DNA of 64,000 nt. Source: Vezdaea acicularis. Its lineage: Eukaryota. Position 1 is the first letter of the stretch. Each line of letters opens with the position of its first letter. The DNA is taken from contig JAPEUI010000022.1 in NCBI GenBank assembly GCA_026025075.1, positions 62,001 through 126,000 on the forward strand, given 5' to 3'. Positions 49,632-62,062 of this stretch are shown here, piece after piece. The notes beneath the pieces are model-generated. The model saw only the letters and a list, made by a program, of their open reading frames with translations. It did no database searches and had not been told where the DNA came from. The translations under genes and the position numbers were made by a program.

Positions 49632-50278
49632 ACTACGCAGACAGAACCAAAGATCTGTTCCCACGTCACCTACCAATATAAACTCACCTATCATCTTCTC
49701 GAGCCTGATCAACGCTTTCTCCAGTATCAATTTAGGTTGTGGGAAAACTCATGGGTGTTGGGCTCTCGGGTATTTTGGTTACTTCGATATTTTCGAGATC
49801 TTTTCTGCAGTGTGCAAACATATGATCAGGCATCGATGAAGCCTTTGAATCTCACATCATTAGATTTACGGCATGTTTCTTCAAGTTTGTGTGCCTCCCA
49901 GACGTCATCGAGTCCTGTCCACGGCCTCAATTCAAGGCGTTAAAGCTGCCTTGCCTACTGCCCCACTACTGCATCGCGTCTGCTCGCCTATTGAGCTTAA
50001 AGTGATAATCCCTGCATGGCGGGGGAGGAAACAATGAGCCGCCAAAAAGCTCCGAGAAAAGTAAGGTTTCCGCCGTGGCCCGGGAGCCGGACATAGTGGA
50101 GAATCTGAAGTTGGACCTAACTCCACCGCCATGAAGATACATGTCCCTTGCGGCAGAATACGACAATTGGGTTTTGGGGCCCAATCACTCTCGGAAAAAC
50201 CGCGTGAGTGCTTATGTAACGAGTGCGAGTCGCTACGGTACCGTGGGCTGAGCGTTGTAACGAGCAACTGCGGGAGCG

Positions 50279-53200
50279 ATGGCATCCGACACACGACCTG
50301 ATGACACACCCTATGTAACCCCAGATTCGAGCCCGCGGCAACATGATGAACCTCGCCAGGAGGGTCCGAACGATGAGGCCCCCATGCCTTCAAGCAATGA
50401 GAAGGATAAATCAGGCAATGCCTCGGGGCGGTCTCCGGAAAAGAAAGAGTCGGTGTTCAGAAGGGTATTGGGCAAACTCGGGCTGGATGCCCTAACGCTG
50501 GTGATGATGTTCAAGTACGTCGTCGGACATCTTCTCTGGGCAGAACGCGCTCCGATTGACCAATGATGCATCTAATAGGGCGACGATTCCGCCTGCCATC
50601 GCTCTTGCAATGTAAGAGCTCTATAATCACTGGTTGTCCTATAATCTGATATCATCACAGGGTCCAAAATAAGAAAGTTGCCGCTGTATATGGCAGTCTT
50701 GACTATCTCTTTGCCATAGTTTCAGTTGTATCCTTTCCCATCTTGCCACGAGCCCAATTTATTCAGCGATTGGTGTCAAATTTAGTAAGGAGGAACCCAA
50801 ATCGAAGCCCGTCGCGCGAGTCCAGCTGACACGCTGAAGATAGGTGTCTGCCTGGGTGCTGCTATTTCGCTGCTGGGTATTTACTGTGCTACGCAAGCTC
50901 GAGCTCACACCTCCAAACCTACGACAGGGGCTATTGTGTATAACCCAAGCCAGAGTGCAGTTTCTGCGATTTGGCTCTTTGCTTCTGTTTGGATCGCCAA
51001 CACGATAAGCGGCCCTCGCCCTCAGTTGATGTTTCCAGCCATCATTTACTCCATCTTCGTCACTGTTTGTTTGACAGCTGCACCCCAATTTTCGACCATG
51101 GCATTAGGTATAGCTTTTGTCAAGCGCGTTCTCAAGGCTTTCTTGAGTGGGCTCGGTCTTGGTACTTTTGTTTCGCTCCTCATATTCCCTTTGTCTTCTA
51201 GGCAGTTATACTTTAAAGAACTAGCCGCCCAGATTCAGGCGATCAAGGGAGCTATGAGGGCTCAGATTGCCTACAACCAGAGCCTGGAGCTCCCTAGTAT
51301 ATTTGATGCGGACTTAGTGAGTCCCGAAGCACAAAAGCTTAAAGCTGCTGTAGCGGGACTCAGTACACTTCTCGGAAAGGTACGCGCAGACTTGACGTTC
51401 GCGAAACGTGAGGTGGCTTATGGAAAATTATGTGGGGATGACCTTGGAGAGGTTGCGAGGATACTACGCAACGTTACTCTACCAATTCTCGGGATGAGTA
51501 CTCTAGCAGAAATCGTCAACAAGATTGCTGTCTCAAACGGCTGGAGACAAGAAAATGACAAGACGGCCCATTCCGAATATCTCAGTCGTTTGACAGTTAA
51601 TGAGTCAACAACGAAGGAGGATGTGATTGGAGAATTCAACGCAATGATGAAGATCCTTAGAGAGCCATTCGATACGGTCACAGGTTTCATGGAAGAGGGC
51701 TTAGAACACGCCTTAATTATTCTCGAACTTGGGGAGAAACCTAAGAAGGCCAAGAAGGCCAAACAAGCTAGCAAGTCCGCTGTGGACGACGATATTGAAG
51801 CTATCGGAAATGAACCAAGACCAGGTGATAAGGACTTCTTCAATTGGCTGCAAAACCGGGTACATAATTATCACCGTGACCGTGCTGTCCCTCTTCAAGA
51901 GTGGATCAAGCAAAAAGGGGTAGAAATCACTCCATCTGATCGAGTAAGTCAGACCATTAAGGAGCAGTAGAACTGTCCGGACGCTAATGCACCTAAAGAA
52001 TCAACGTCAGCTGTATACGATCCTCTATGTGAGTAACCTCTGTTCACCTCTCTAAGTTCGTCTGTCCTAAACCTTCCCTACCAAGATGGAGCACCTTGTG
52101 TTTTGTGCAGCAACGGCCACCCTTGACCTCGTTCGCTTTGCGGATCTGAAAGTTGAAAGTGGTTCAATGGAAAGAAACCGCATGATCCTCCCAGGATGGT
52201 TTGTCCTTATGAGATGGGCAAAGGCCGCCCTAAAAGCCCACGACCCCGAGTCGACAGAGCACGAAGACACCCAGGCTAGTCCTGAGTTCAACTCCGTGCT
52301 TATTGGGCAGTCTCTGAAGAAGAAGAAAGACCCCGAACGTCTTCCGCCAGCGACGGCTTGGGAGCGCTTTGGTAATAGCCTTCAGGTTTTCCCAAACTTC
52401 TTTGGGTCACCAGCTGCCGCCTTTGGACTACGTGTCGCGTGCGCTACATTAACGATTGGCATTGTGGCATACTTGCGCACGAGTGCGCGTTTCTTCGTTG
52501 AACAAAGGCTAATATGGGCTTTGATCATCATCACCATTAGCATGACTATGACTGCTGGCTCGAGCACTTTTGGCTTCTTCTGTCGAACCTTAGGCTCCTT
52601 CTTCGCGATGATATTTAGTATCACCAATTACTATATTGTGGACGGAAAGACAGGGTATGGCGCCCCCCGGTTCTCAAAGGCAGTCATCTCACTGACCTGC
52701 GCAGTGGCATCATTCCAATCTTGTGGCTGATCATATTCTGCGGTATGATAAATTTAATCATTAAACCGCCTCGGCTGCTGACCCTCGGGACAGAATTCTA
52801 TTTCGCTCTCAAGTACCCTCGCTTTGTCATAATGGTGATACTGACTATTGTCACCCACATTTTAATCATAGGGTAAGCCAATCCGATGAGCCTGCTATAC
52901 CAAACATCCATCTTAACCAAGCTGTACTGTAGATATCAACTTGAGAGCCGGCAACTGGGTCCCGCGCTGCAGAAAAGTAGCGGACAACCATACTACCCTA
53001 TATATGAGTTAGCTCCATACCGTCAGTCTGCGCAGTCCGCCTCCTCACTCTTAGCCACTGACTCTAGATCTCCTCAGGTCTGGCCACGGTCGCTGCCGGC
53101 TCCCTCGTAGCCTTCTTCTGGACGATCTTCCCCTACCCCGTGACGGCCCGCGCAGAGCTCCGCAAAGGCCTTGGCGCCTCACTCTACCTCCTCGCGCAAT

Positions 53201-54079
53201 TCTACTCTAACGTGCATGCCACTGTCGTCAGCAGGCTGGAGGGCACTGAAGGCAACCCTGACCTCAAAGAGAGCCCCGCCGCCATGCTGGAGAAGCAACG
53301 CACGAAGCTTCTGTCCAAGCTGCTAGTGCTACTCGACCAGCTGCGCGCCCACTCCTCCTTCACGAAGTGGGAACCTTCCCTCGGCGGCAAGTATCCGAAG
53401 GAACATTACGATGCCATCATCTCCAAAGTCTCAAAGTAAACGCTCGTTCTCCTTATGTTCCCCTTACCCAATTTAACTCCCAGACCTTCAAGTCCTCGGC
53501 AGGCGGCTGACACCCACAAACCTGCAGCATCCTTATCTACATGTCTCTCATCAGCTACTCTACCCGCTCCTTCATGGCCAACCGCAATGCCGAGCAATCC
53601 TGGATCAAAGACTTCTCGCACGTCATGGGACAAATCGGCCGCACCACACAGGGGATCTGCAGTACGCTCTCCGTGCTTTCCAACAGCATCGTGACTGGCC
53701 AAGCCCTCCCGCCCTATCTGTCCTTGCCGCCGCCGTATGAGTTGAGCGAACAGCTGCAAAGACTCGATCCACAGATCCTGAGCACCGCCCACGTCATAGA
53801 GCCCGGGTATGCTTCGTTTGCCGTCCTGCAGATCGCGACGACGCTGATCAATGATGATATGGAGAACCTGATCTGGTGAGTCTATCTACAGGCGGACGTG
53901 GTTTGGGGCTGTGGGCTAAAGGTTGGCGACGTAGGCATGTCAAGGCGCTGGTGGGCGAGGTGGACTTCTCCTTCAAGGTCGTTGGGCCGGATACGACAGC
54001 GCCCGCGGCGAGCGGGAACGAGTCATCTTCCAACGAGGATGTGGCAGGCGGCGTGGCTGGGAAACGCAAACACGCTTGA
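50279..54079 (+). CDS. Aromatic acid exporter (ArAE)/FUSC-like multi-TM transporter
   Basis: Many GT-AG introns. LGLDALTLVMMFKG, FAKREVAYGKL, KDPERLPP..WERFG, FGLRVACAT, QRLIWA, ELAPYRL, WEPSLGGKYP, LPPYL, LVGEVDFSF; two TM blocks. Confidence 0.85.
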
Positions 54080-54462
54080 ATAGACGATGGCGTTTCGGGT
54101 GGGGTTTTGGGTGGGTTTTTTGGGAGGACTTCAACCGTCATGAAGCTACGCCGTAGCCCCTACTTGATCAACATTCAGGGTTCCTCGATGAGGAGATGGC
54201 GGACTACATGAGGACCCATCTGTCACGAAAGATGAGGCAGACACGAAGTTGACCACAAGGAGGATACAGCGTAACCAAAGGAAAGGAAGAATAGAGAATA
54301 GATTGGGCGTACGCCAAAGCGGGTCCAGGAGTCCAGCCGCAGAGTCTTGGTGCAAATGATATCTCGTTCGTGATTAGCGGAACGCCCTTCAGTTCGCCGT
54401 TTGGCCGTTGGTGAATGCAGCTAGGCCGCTTGGAGCCCAAATACACTCACCATCCGTGGGTG

Positions 54463-55044
54463 AACTGAGACGCAAAAAGATCTATATCACGTGTATTTCC
54501 GATTATTCACGTGATTCGAGACTTTTTGCGTACGAGTTTCACCTCGATATAAGGATATCGTTGCATCCAGATTTTGCCTCATGTGGCAGGCTTATAAGGA
54601 TATATCCTTATACCATAATTGAGATACAAAAAGGGCTGCATCACGTGCGTACGTGCAATCTCACATGATAAATGACTTTTCGCGTGCGAGTTTTGATCTC
54701 GGAATGAGGATATATATCCCCTCCAAATCGGTGTTTGGGCCGACGGTGATACGGCGGTGATCAGCGACGACCAGCGGGATCGAATTGAGACGCCAAAAGC
54801 ACTATATCACGTGCATATGCAGCAGTCCACGTGATGCGGGACTTTTCGCGTAGGAGATAGACCTCGATATAACGATATCGCTGTATCCAGGTTTTGCCTC
54901 ACATGGCAGGCTTATAAGGATATCCTTATATCACAATTGAGACGCAAAAAGGACTGAATCACGCGCATATGCAGCGCCGCACGTGATTAGTAACTTTTCG
55001 CGTGCGAGTTTTGACCTCGTCGCGAGGATATATATCCTTATATC
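54463..55044. repeat. Higher-order array of four palindromic units (A-B-A-B, about 320-bp outer period)
   Basis: TGAGA unit starts at 54466, 54620, 54786 and 54938. 54463-54719 aligns with 54783-55037. Confidence 0.93.
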
Positions 55045-55385
55045 TAGGTATTGTGCCGTACGCGGCAGCACGAGTCAAAACAAGAGCCTCCCATGGCGAC
55101 AGGTAGCAGCGAGTCTCACTGAAGAAAAATAAGGCAGGAAGCAGGCATGCATTTGATTTGATGATTATTAATGTGACTAAGGTGATATGCTGGTGAATGA
55201 GGTGTATGTTTTGCAGTCATATTATACGGCAACTGGCAGATAGCCAAGAACCGTTCACTCCCCCACATTATTACCCCATTTTATCAGAACTCCAGGACAC
55301 CCCGATCCGTGAGCGCATGCCGCTCTATCCATCCAACAACCTAAGCCGCTCAGCCCTTCCCAAGTCCATCTCAGTATCCTATTCG

Positions 55386-56661
55386 TCAGTCCTTTCGCGG
55401 CTCAGATTCCACGCTGGCAATGCTACCGTCGGGCGTTGCGATGGAGGGAGGCGATGTGGCTACACTCGCACTAGGAGTGTATTGGAAGCCATCCGCGATT
55501 CCTACGTCCTCGGTTTCGCCGTCCTCATACGTAGGCGGATCTCCAAGGATGCTGCTACCCGCCTCGCTCCTATAGTCCGGTAACGAGTCGCTATACGGCC
55601 TCGCTCTTCCTTCCTCGGCTTGCACCAGATCAGACACGACATCTGCTGCTTGTCTCAACTGGCGGATCTCCTCTTGCATCACGCTTTCCAAGATGTCCTC
55701 TTGCCGGGAGACGTGGCAGGCCTTTTCGTGCCTGGGGGCAGTGCGATGGGGGCAGAAGCGATTGAAGAAGCTTTTCAACTTCTGGCGATAGGCGGCGCGT
55801 CGGTATGCTCGCCTGTTTCGGCGTTCTATACGGCGGGCCAGACGTTCTTGTAGCCGGCGGGGCGAACAGCAGCGGCGTGTGAAAAGGAGATAAACCACGT
55901 AGACGCCTATCACAAGGAAAAGTAGGCCAGGGATATGCCGGGCGAACCTAGAGTGGAGATGTCCCGGGCGATGTCGGTAAGGGAAAGGCATGCCATTAGG
56001 GAGACGTCCTGATGGTGAAAGATCATAGTCGCCATCCTTTTCAAAGGGGCGCTGGTGAGCCCCTAATGGACTTGGGCGTCCGTCGCACAAGAGATGATTG
56101 TGTTCAGGGGGCCCATAACCAAGGGAAAAGACGACTTTATGTATGGTTCCATGCATATGCTTGCCAATAGCTCCTAGCATACATTTAAAGCTCTTGTCGC
56201 ACTCCTTGAGCTCAGTCTTCAGCTCTTTCTCGTCCTCGCGCTCTTCGAGATCACCTTGACACTGTTGAGGTCGATGTTGGCGAAGTTCCTCTTCCTTCGC
56301 CCAGATTTGACATTGTAGCTCTAGAAGGGCTTCGCGCATGTTTTCCAATTCCCGGAGTTCAACTGCCATTTGGGGATCATCAATCTCGTCGTATTCGTCG
56401 TGATCTGCCGGAGGAAATTGTGGAGGAGGGATTTCGACGTAATCGTCATCGTCGAGGTCTGGGAGTGGTCCATAGTCCGGCCAGTCGGTGCCTGCTGTAC
56501 CAAGTCAGATCATCGCACAGCTACTTCATTCAGGGGCAAGGACACAAACTTGAGTCGACTGGCTTTGATGGCTCAGGTAACAGGTCTGATGGCGGAGATG
56601 CAGGGGTCGCAGCGGCCAGCGCTGAGCCCAGCCAGGCAAACGCAAGTAAGGACAAACGCAT
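55386..56661 (-). CDS. Type I membrane protein (signal peptide, coiled coil, His/Pro-rich, one TM, PY-motif tail)
   Basis: MRLSLLAFAWLGSALA signal; a phase-1 intron (GTTTGT..CTGAC..TACAG) joins in frame to ORF 55386-56369; TM IPGLLFLVIGVYVVYLLF; basic stretch; LPDY and PPTY. Confidence 0.85.
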
Positions 56662-58053
56662 GGTGAGAATGAGGGATACAATGGTGGGGACAATGATACG
56701 TAACGTGACGCGCGCAGGTCAGTGAGAGAGGTTCAAGCAGACGTCTGCCTGAGAGATGAAGCAAACGACCATGGAAGAGGGCAGGCAGCCACCTTATGAT
56801 GGGAGGTGGGGAAGCTTCGACAGCCAGGGCGGCAGTGCAACGGAGAAAAGGACAAGTCCGCGTAAGCTCGAGAGACTTCCAGGGAAGCTTCAGCCGAGCT
56901 GGTCGGCGCATCCTCGAACCCGACCTCCGTCAATAGCAACTTTACGCTCATGATGTACTCCTAATTTTCTTGACAGAAAATAAATAATTCAGGTTGGAGC
57001 TTCAGTATCCAGCTGAACTAGATATTGTTTAATTTAGGTGTCATTGGCATTCTTGATCCTCGATATTTACTCTGTGATGGTGGTAGAGTGGGATGAAGGT
57101 TTCGCATCTCGCTCGTGATCCTCGCGGGAATAACCGACCCCGAAATCGATTCAAAACCCTGGGCCTTTTTTCAAAATTATCATGATAAATATACATCCAT
57201 GATTACACCCACAATAAAGTTGCAGATAATTCAAGACTTGCTGCTGAGTTTTGCAAGGCCAACAGATGATTGATCGGCGACTTCACCAGGATATTCTGCT
57301 CGATGACTCCCTGATTGGGCGGATCTTTGTCGACGAAAAGCAAAATCACATAAAAGCAATAATCGCCTGGGAGGACGGCATTTTAGGTACATCCTTATCG
57401 ATGTAAAACTCTACACTCCACAGTTACTCGCTCATGATTGTCACAGACCGCTTGTGCAAGACGTTCGCAGGATGACACCCCCTGATTCATGCGCGTCGAA
57501 CAGTCGGAGTGGGCGTAGAAGCATTCCTTCCAAGCCATGCAGGAGGACGATGGCTCTGGAATTTCTCCCCTTGACGTCAGGTAGTCTCATATCACTTACA
57601 CGAGGATGATACTGGTCGAAATGTGATGGCCCCCCTCCACGATGCAGCTGCAAGTCTATCGTAGCGCTCCAAGAAACTTTTGCGGACCCTGGCCTGATCG
57701 CTTGTCGGCTTTTTCCCCCCTGCTTCGACTGGTCTGTTCCTGGCAGCTGGTTTTATCCAGAGAGCCGCCCCAACTTGACTTTTGTATGAGTACTATCAAC
57801 CCCTCCTTGCTGAAGTCCCTTTGCGAACAACCTCCACCCATCGCAGCATCCGTAGAACAAATGGCCTAACACCTAGCAGCTTAAGGTTGTCGATCATGAC
57901 AATCCTCGCGCGACCCTTGTCACGCGTCTCCACAGTAGAACCTTCGCCCTGACCAACCCAAACGAGACTTCGCGCCTAGCTCAGCTTAAGCGATTGCTTT
58001 TCGCATCTACAGTCCGATCTGCAAACACCAGTACCAGCTGTTGAGAGAACGCA

Positions 58054-61000
58054 ATGTCTCTCAACGGCCTGGATAATGCGAATATATCGGAGGCTTATGA
58101 TGTTGCTGTTGCTGAACCAGGAGGATGGTAAGTTGAACACGCGGTCCGCAATTATTTGCGCTTGTCGCACCATCCGCAGTGCAAGTACTTTTCAATTCAC
58201 AAACTAACGGTGCCCTTATCGAAGGTTCCTCCTAAAATATGCGACTCGAGATGAGGCGGAGCTTCTCTCCAGGGGCAAGGGCGGAGTGTCAGAATTCAGG
58301 GATGCCATTGCCAAATATACCGATCCATCACCGCTCTATGGCTTCATTAGATATCGTAGGAGGAGCGTGCTGGTCAAATATGTGCCGGAAGGCACGTCCC
58401 GACTTCTCAAGGGTGAATTCCTGTTACTTCCCAAAACTCATACGCAGCTACTGATCGTTTAATTTAGCACGACTGGCGGTTCACTTTCAATCTATCACCG
58501 ACAGATTCTCCCCGCACGACACGATCTTCACCATTGACGCCCCTGAAGAGCTCAAAGAGTCCACGCTATCTGCGGCTTGCTCGCTCCACGCGGCGTCTGG
58601 GTCTACGTCCTCTTCTACGAGCTCGATAAAGCGTCGACAATTGGTAGAGATTGCGGAAGACGAAGAGGAAGGAAGTACGATTCGTGACCAAAGCGACGTT
58701 GTCACACCCACAAACAGTATACCAAAGCGGCAAGCGTCTCTCAAGGAGATCGATCTTACAAAGAAAGAGGATACCAGTGCAGCTGAAGCCGAGAGAGATC
58801 GTCTGATGCGAGAGGAGGTCAGAGCGAAAGCTCTTTCTAGCTCGCCTTCTAGTGACACCAAGCATCCAGTCACAAACTCCTCTCTTTCGTCCGTTCCGCG
58901 GATGAGCGCAGACTTCCGTGCATCTACGAGTTCAGCACGGCCATCGATGTATGAACTCGGTGAAGGAAACTCATATTCCAAAAAGCCAAAGGTGAGGATC
59001 GGAGCGCGACCGTCCCTGGATCCTGGGAAGCGCCCTCACACTGCAGGCTCACTCTCGACGGTTGGCGAAGGAAGGCCAGTGTCGACTCTTCCGCCAGGCA
59101 TAAGGCTCGCACCGCGAAAGAACGATACGTCACGGCCTAAGTCACAGCGATCAATTGCTCCCCCAATTGCAGGCTTCACACCACCTCCAATACCACAGAC
59201 GACAGGGATAAGTACGCCTGTACGACCAACAACAAGCCCTGGGAAGTTTTCCTCAAGTGCCTCGGTTCCCATCATGACAAAATCAAATGCTGTAACTCCA
59301 GAGAAGCAGAGGCTGATGAAGGCGCTACAACTTCGAAAGAGACAGATGAATAAGCCTGAAGAGGCGAAAGAGCAGAAGGTCGATAAGCCTCTTGCAGATG
59401 TACCACAATCAGGAGATGCGATAGATCCCACCGAACCTCCTGCGGCGAGTCCAAACACGAAAAGCGAGGATACTGTGACAACGCTGGACACGATGACAAA
59501 GCAAGACTCGGAGGTATCAATGCGATCGCTCGATGAACAAGAATCGATGCAGCCAAGAAGATCAGATTCTTCGCCTATCTCTGGTGCCGAGTCTTTAGAC
59601 ATAGAATCAACGGAAGCATCTTCTATTTCTGAGATGGTAGATCAACATACCCTTGTGGTTGCTACTGAAGTAGAAGTCTTGATGCCAGTGGAAAAAGAGG
59701 GAGATATCAGTCAGGAGGAATTGCCAACAAGCGCAGATAGTGCCAAGACACTTTCTCCGCCCCTTGAAAACCTCCAAGAGCCTGTATCAGTTGAGATTCC
59801 TGATGGCCAATCAACTCCGGATTCGCCAAAAGATGTCGATGGTCGCCTTATATCACTAGAGGAGGAAAGCGTCAGCAAAGAGGTTGCTGAAGGCGCCGCG
59901 TTGCATGATAATGATACCCAAACTCACTCATCTCTAGAATCTCCGAAGGCCAGCGAGAGCATCATAATACCCCAAGGAGAAGCAGTCGATGATGGTGGGA
60001 GCGAGATGGTGATATTGCCCGAGGATCATCACAAACCACAGAATCTGCCAGAGCCTTTGGATTTTACTGAGGGCCAGCGGGTGGCACCTCTAGAGGAGCA
60101 TACTGATAATGTTGGAAGCAAGGGGACCGAAAGTTCGTTGCCGAATAAATCTCCGGACCTGTCTAAAGCCGTAGCCGAAATCTATTCTGAAATAGTTGTT
60201 GTCGAAGCATCCCAAGACGAGCAGACTGTCATAAATGGCTTACCTGATCAAGAAGGAACGCTTGACAGCCATAGCTTAACGCAGGCATCATCGTCTGGGA
60301 CTGCCGGAAGCGATGCTCTCACCCCTGATCCAATTAAGCATGATCGAAAGAAGAAGCGACGAGGAATCATAGACCCAATACGAACAAACGTTCCGGCCGA
60401 AAGTTCTGATGACAACTTTCTCTCAGACGATTCTTTCATGGATGAGCTGGATTCCGCTGTCGTACATGAAGCGCAGCCGATCTCTGTTACCCGGTCTCCG
60501 ATACAACCTTCATTTCCAAGCTCCCCATCCCAGGTGGGCCAGCCTGAAGGCTCGCCGATGTCGCTTCGGTCTGTATCAAACCCGCCCGAGAGCACTCTGA
60601 GCGTCAAGAAGAAGCGGTTTTCTTCCGAGCTTGGTGTGCTTGAGACCGCTCGAACGGTTTCAGCTTCTCATCTCAATAAGGCACGATCACCCAAAGGACC
60701 GGTCCCTATTGCCAAGAAGGTGAATGTTTCCTCGGGCATATCTCAGAGAATTAAGGCTCTCGAAATGCGGAGTGCGTCGAATACACTACCGATCTCTACT
60801 TCAGCTTCCCCCACTAGCTCTCCTGCTTTTCAGACGCTCAGGAACCAGGCTCTCAGCGCCCCTATATCTAGATCTGGCTCCGCAGCCAGCCGTCAAACAA
60901 CTGTCGGCAAACTAAGTCCTTCTCAGTCGCCTTCTTCATCACCCGAACAACCGACCCCACCAGCAAGATCTCCGATTTCGCCGCTGCCTAATCACAATCT

Positions 61001-62062
61001 GGCCTTCGACAAACCAGTGTCTAAGCCACAGCTACGGTCAGTCTCGGTAACAGCTCGGATTATCAGAGATCCTAAGGGGAAGAACCTACCAGGCTCCGAC
61101 GCCAAACCTGACGTTCCGTTGGAGCTTTACGAGAGTCCCCTTATCGTTGAGCATCAGCCAGCAATTCCAACATTGAATACCACCATGATACCATCCAGTG
61201 ATGGACCTACGTCTCCTGTAGCTGCTTCTCCCTCTCAACAAGAACCCGATCAAAGACGAGGATCTACATCGAGCCGACGCTCAACCTCAAGTCGTGGTAG
61301 GAGCGAGCCACGCTCACCTCCACCAGCCGGTCCCTCTCCTGACAACGCTTCTAAGGACAAAAAAGAAGGGAGACGTGAGTCTGCAAAAAGTAGATTGCTT
61401 CGACGCATGTCCTCACTTTCCTCCCAGTCACGAAAAAGTCTCAATCACACCGTCAGCCCAACTGTTGAAGAGGAAGATCCCACCGTGGAGATGGAGAACG
61501 TTAGAGGCTCTCGGACTAAGAGCACCACTGTTCCTGTTGGCGAAGTTAACGTTCAGTTTCCTGATAACCTTGTGAGTTTGCATCGTAATGAGCGTCAGCA
61601 TAAGCTAATCATGCTATCAGCTATGGAAGCGGAGGTGTCTGAATCTAGACAGTCAAGGTTACATAATTCTTACCCACTCAAAGTCCGACGAAGTAAATAA
61701 ACCCCATTGCTGCACAATGCATTTTGCGATTGCTGACCTTGCATCCTCTAGAATTCAAAAGCCGCCGCAAAGCGTTATTACCTTGGGGAATTTCTAGCAC
61801 CATTTGCGCCAGACCAAGATATGCAAGAGCTACCCTACAGTAAGCCACACGAACCCCATAATCTAGTCGGCGTACCTGACGATAGCTAGGTGTGATTTTG
61901 GACCACATCGAGGGCGGGACGCTTCAATGTGCGTGTGAAAATGGAGCCAGACAAGAGCAACTACTACGCCGTATGTGACCCCCTGCTCTTTACAAAAGAA
62001 CTTGTTACTGACGATAAATAGTACTCCGAGAAGCCCACAATACTCTTAGCTCTACTGATTGA
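58054..62062 (+). CDS. Large protein with N-terminal ADF-H (cofilin-like) domain, Ser/Pro-rich linker and PH-like C-terminal domain
   Basis: MSLNGLD..GGW|FLLKY..PLYGFIRYRRRSVLVKYVPEGTSRLLK|AR; long disordered ORF 58641-61570; VNVQFPDNL|LWKRRCLNLDSQG; four short terminal exons ending at TGA 62060-62062. Confidence 0.85.

Noticed and set aside
54463..55044. CRISPR array interpretation of the repeat
   Set aside because: Eukaryotic context, units of about 155 bp, intervening sequence itself duplicated rather than unique, and no cas genes.
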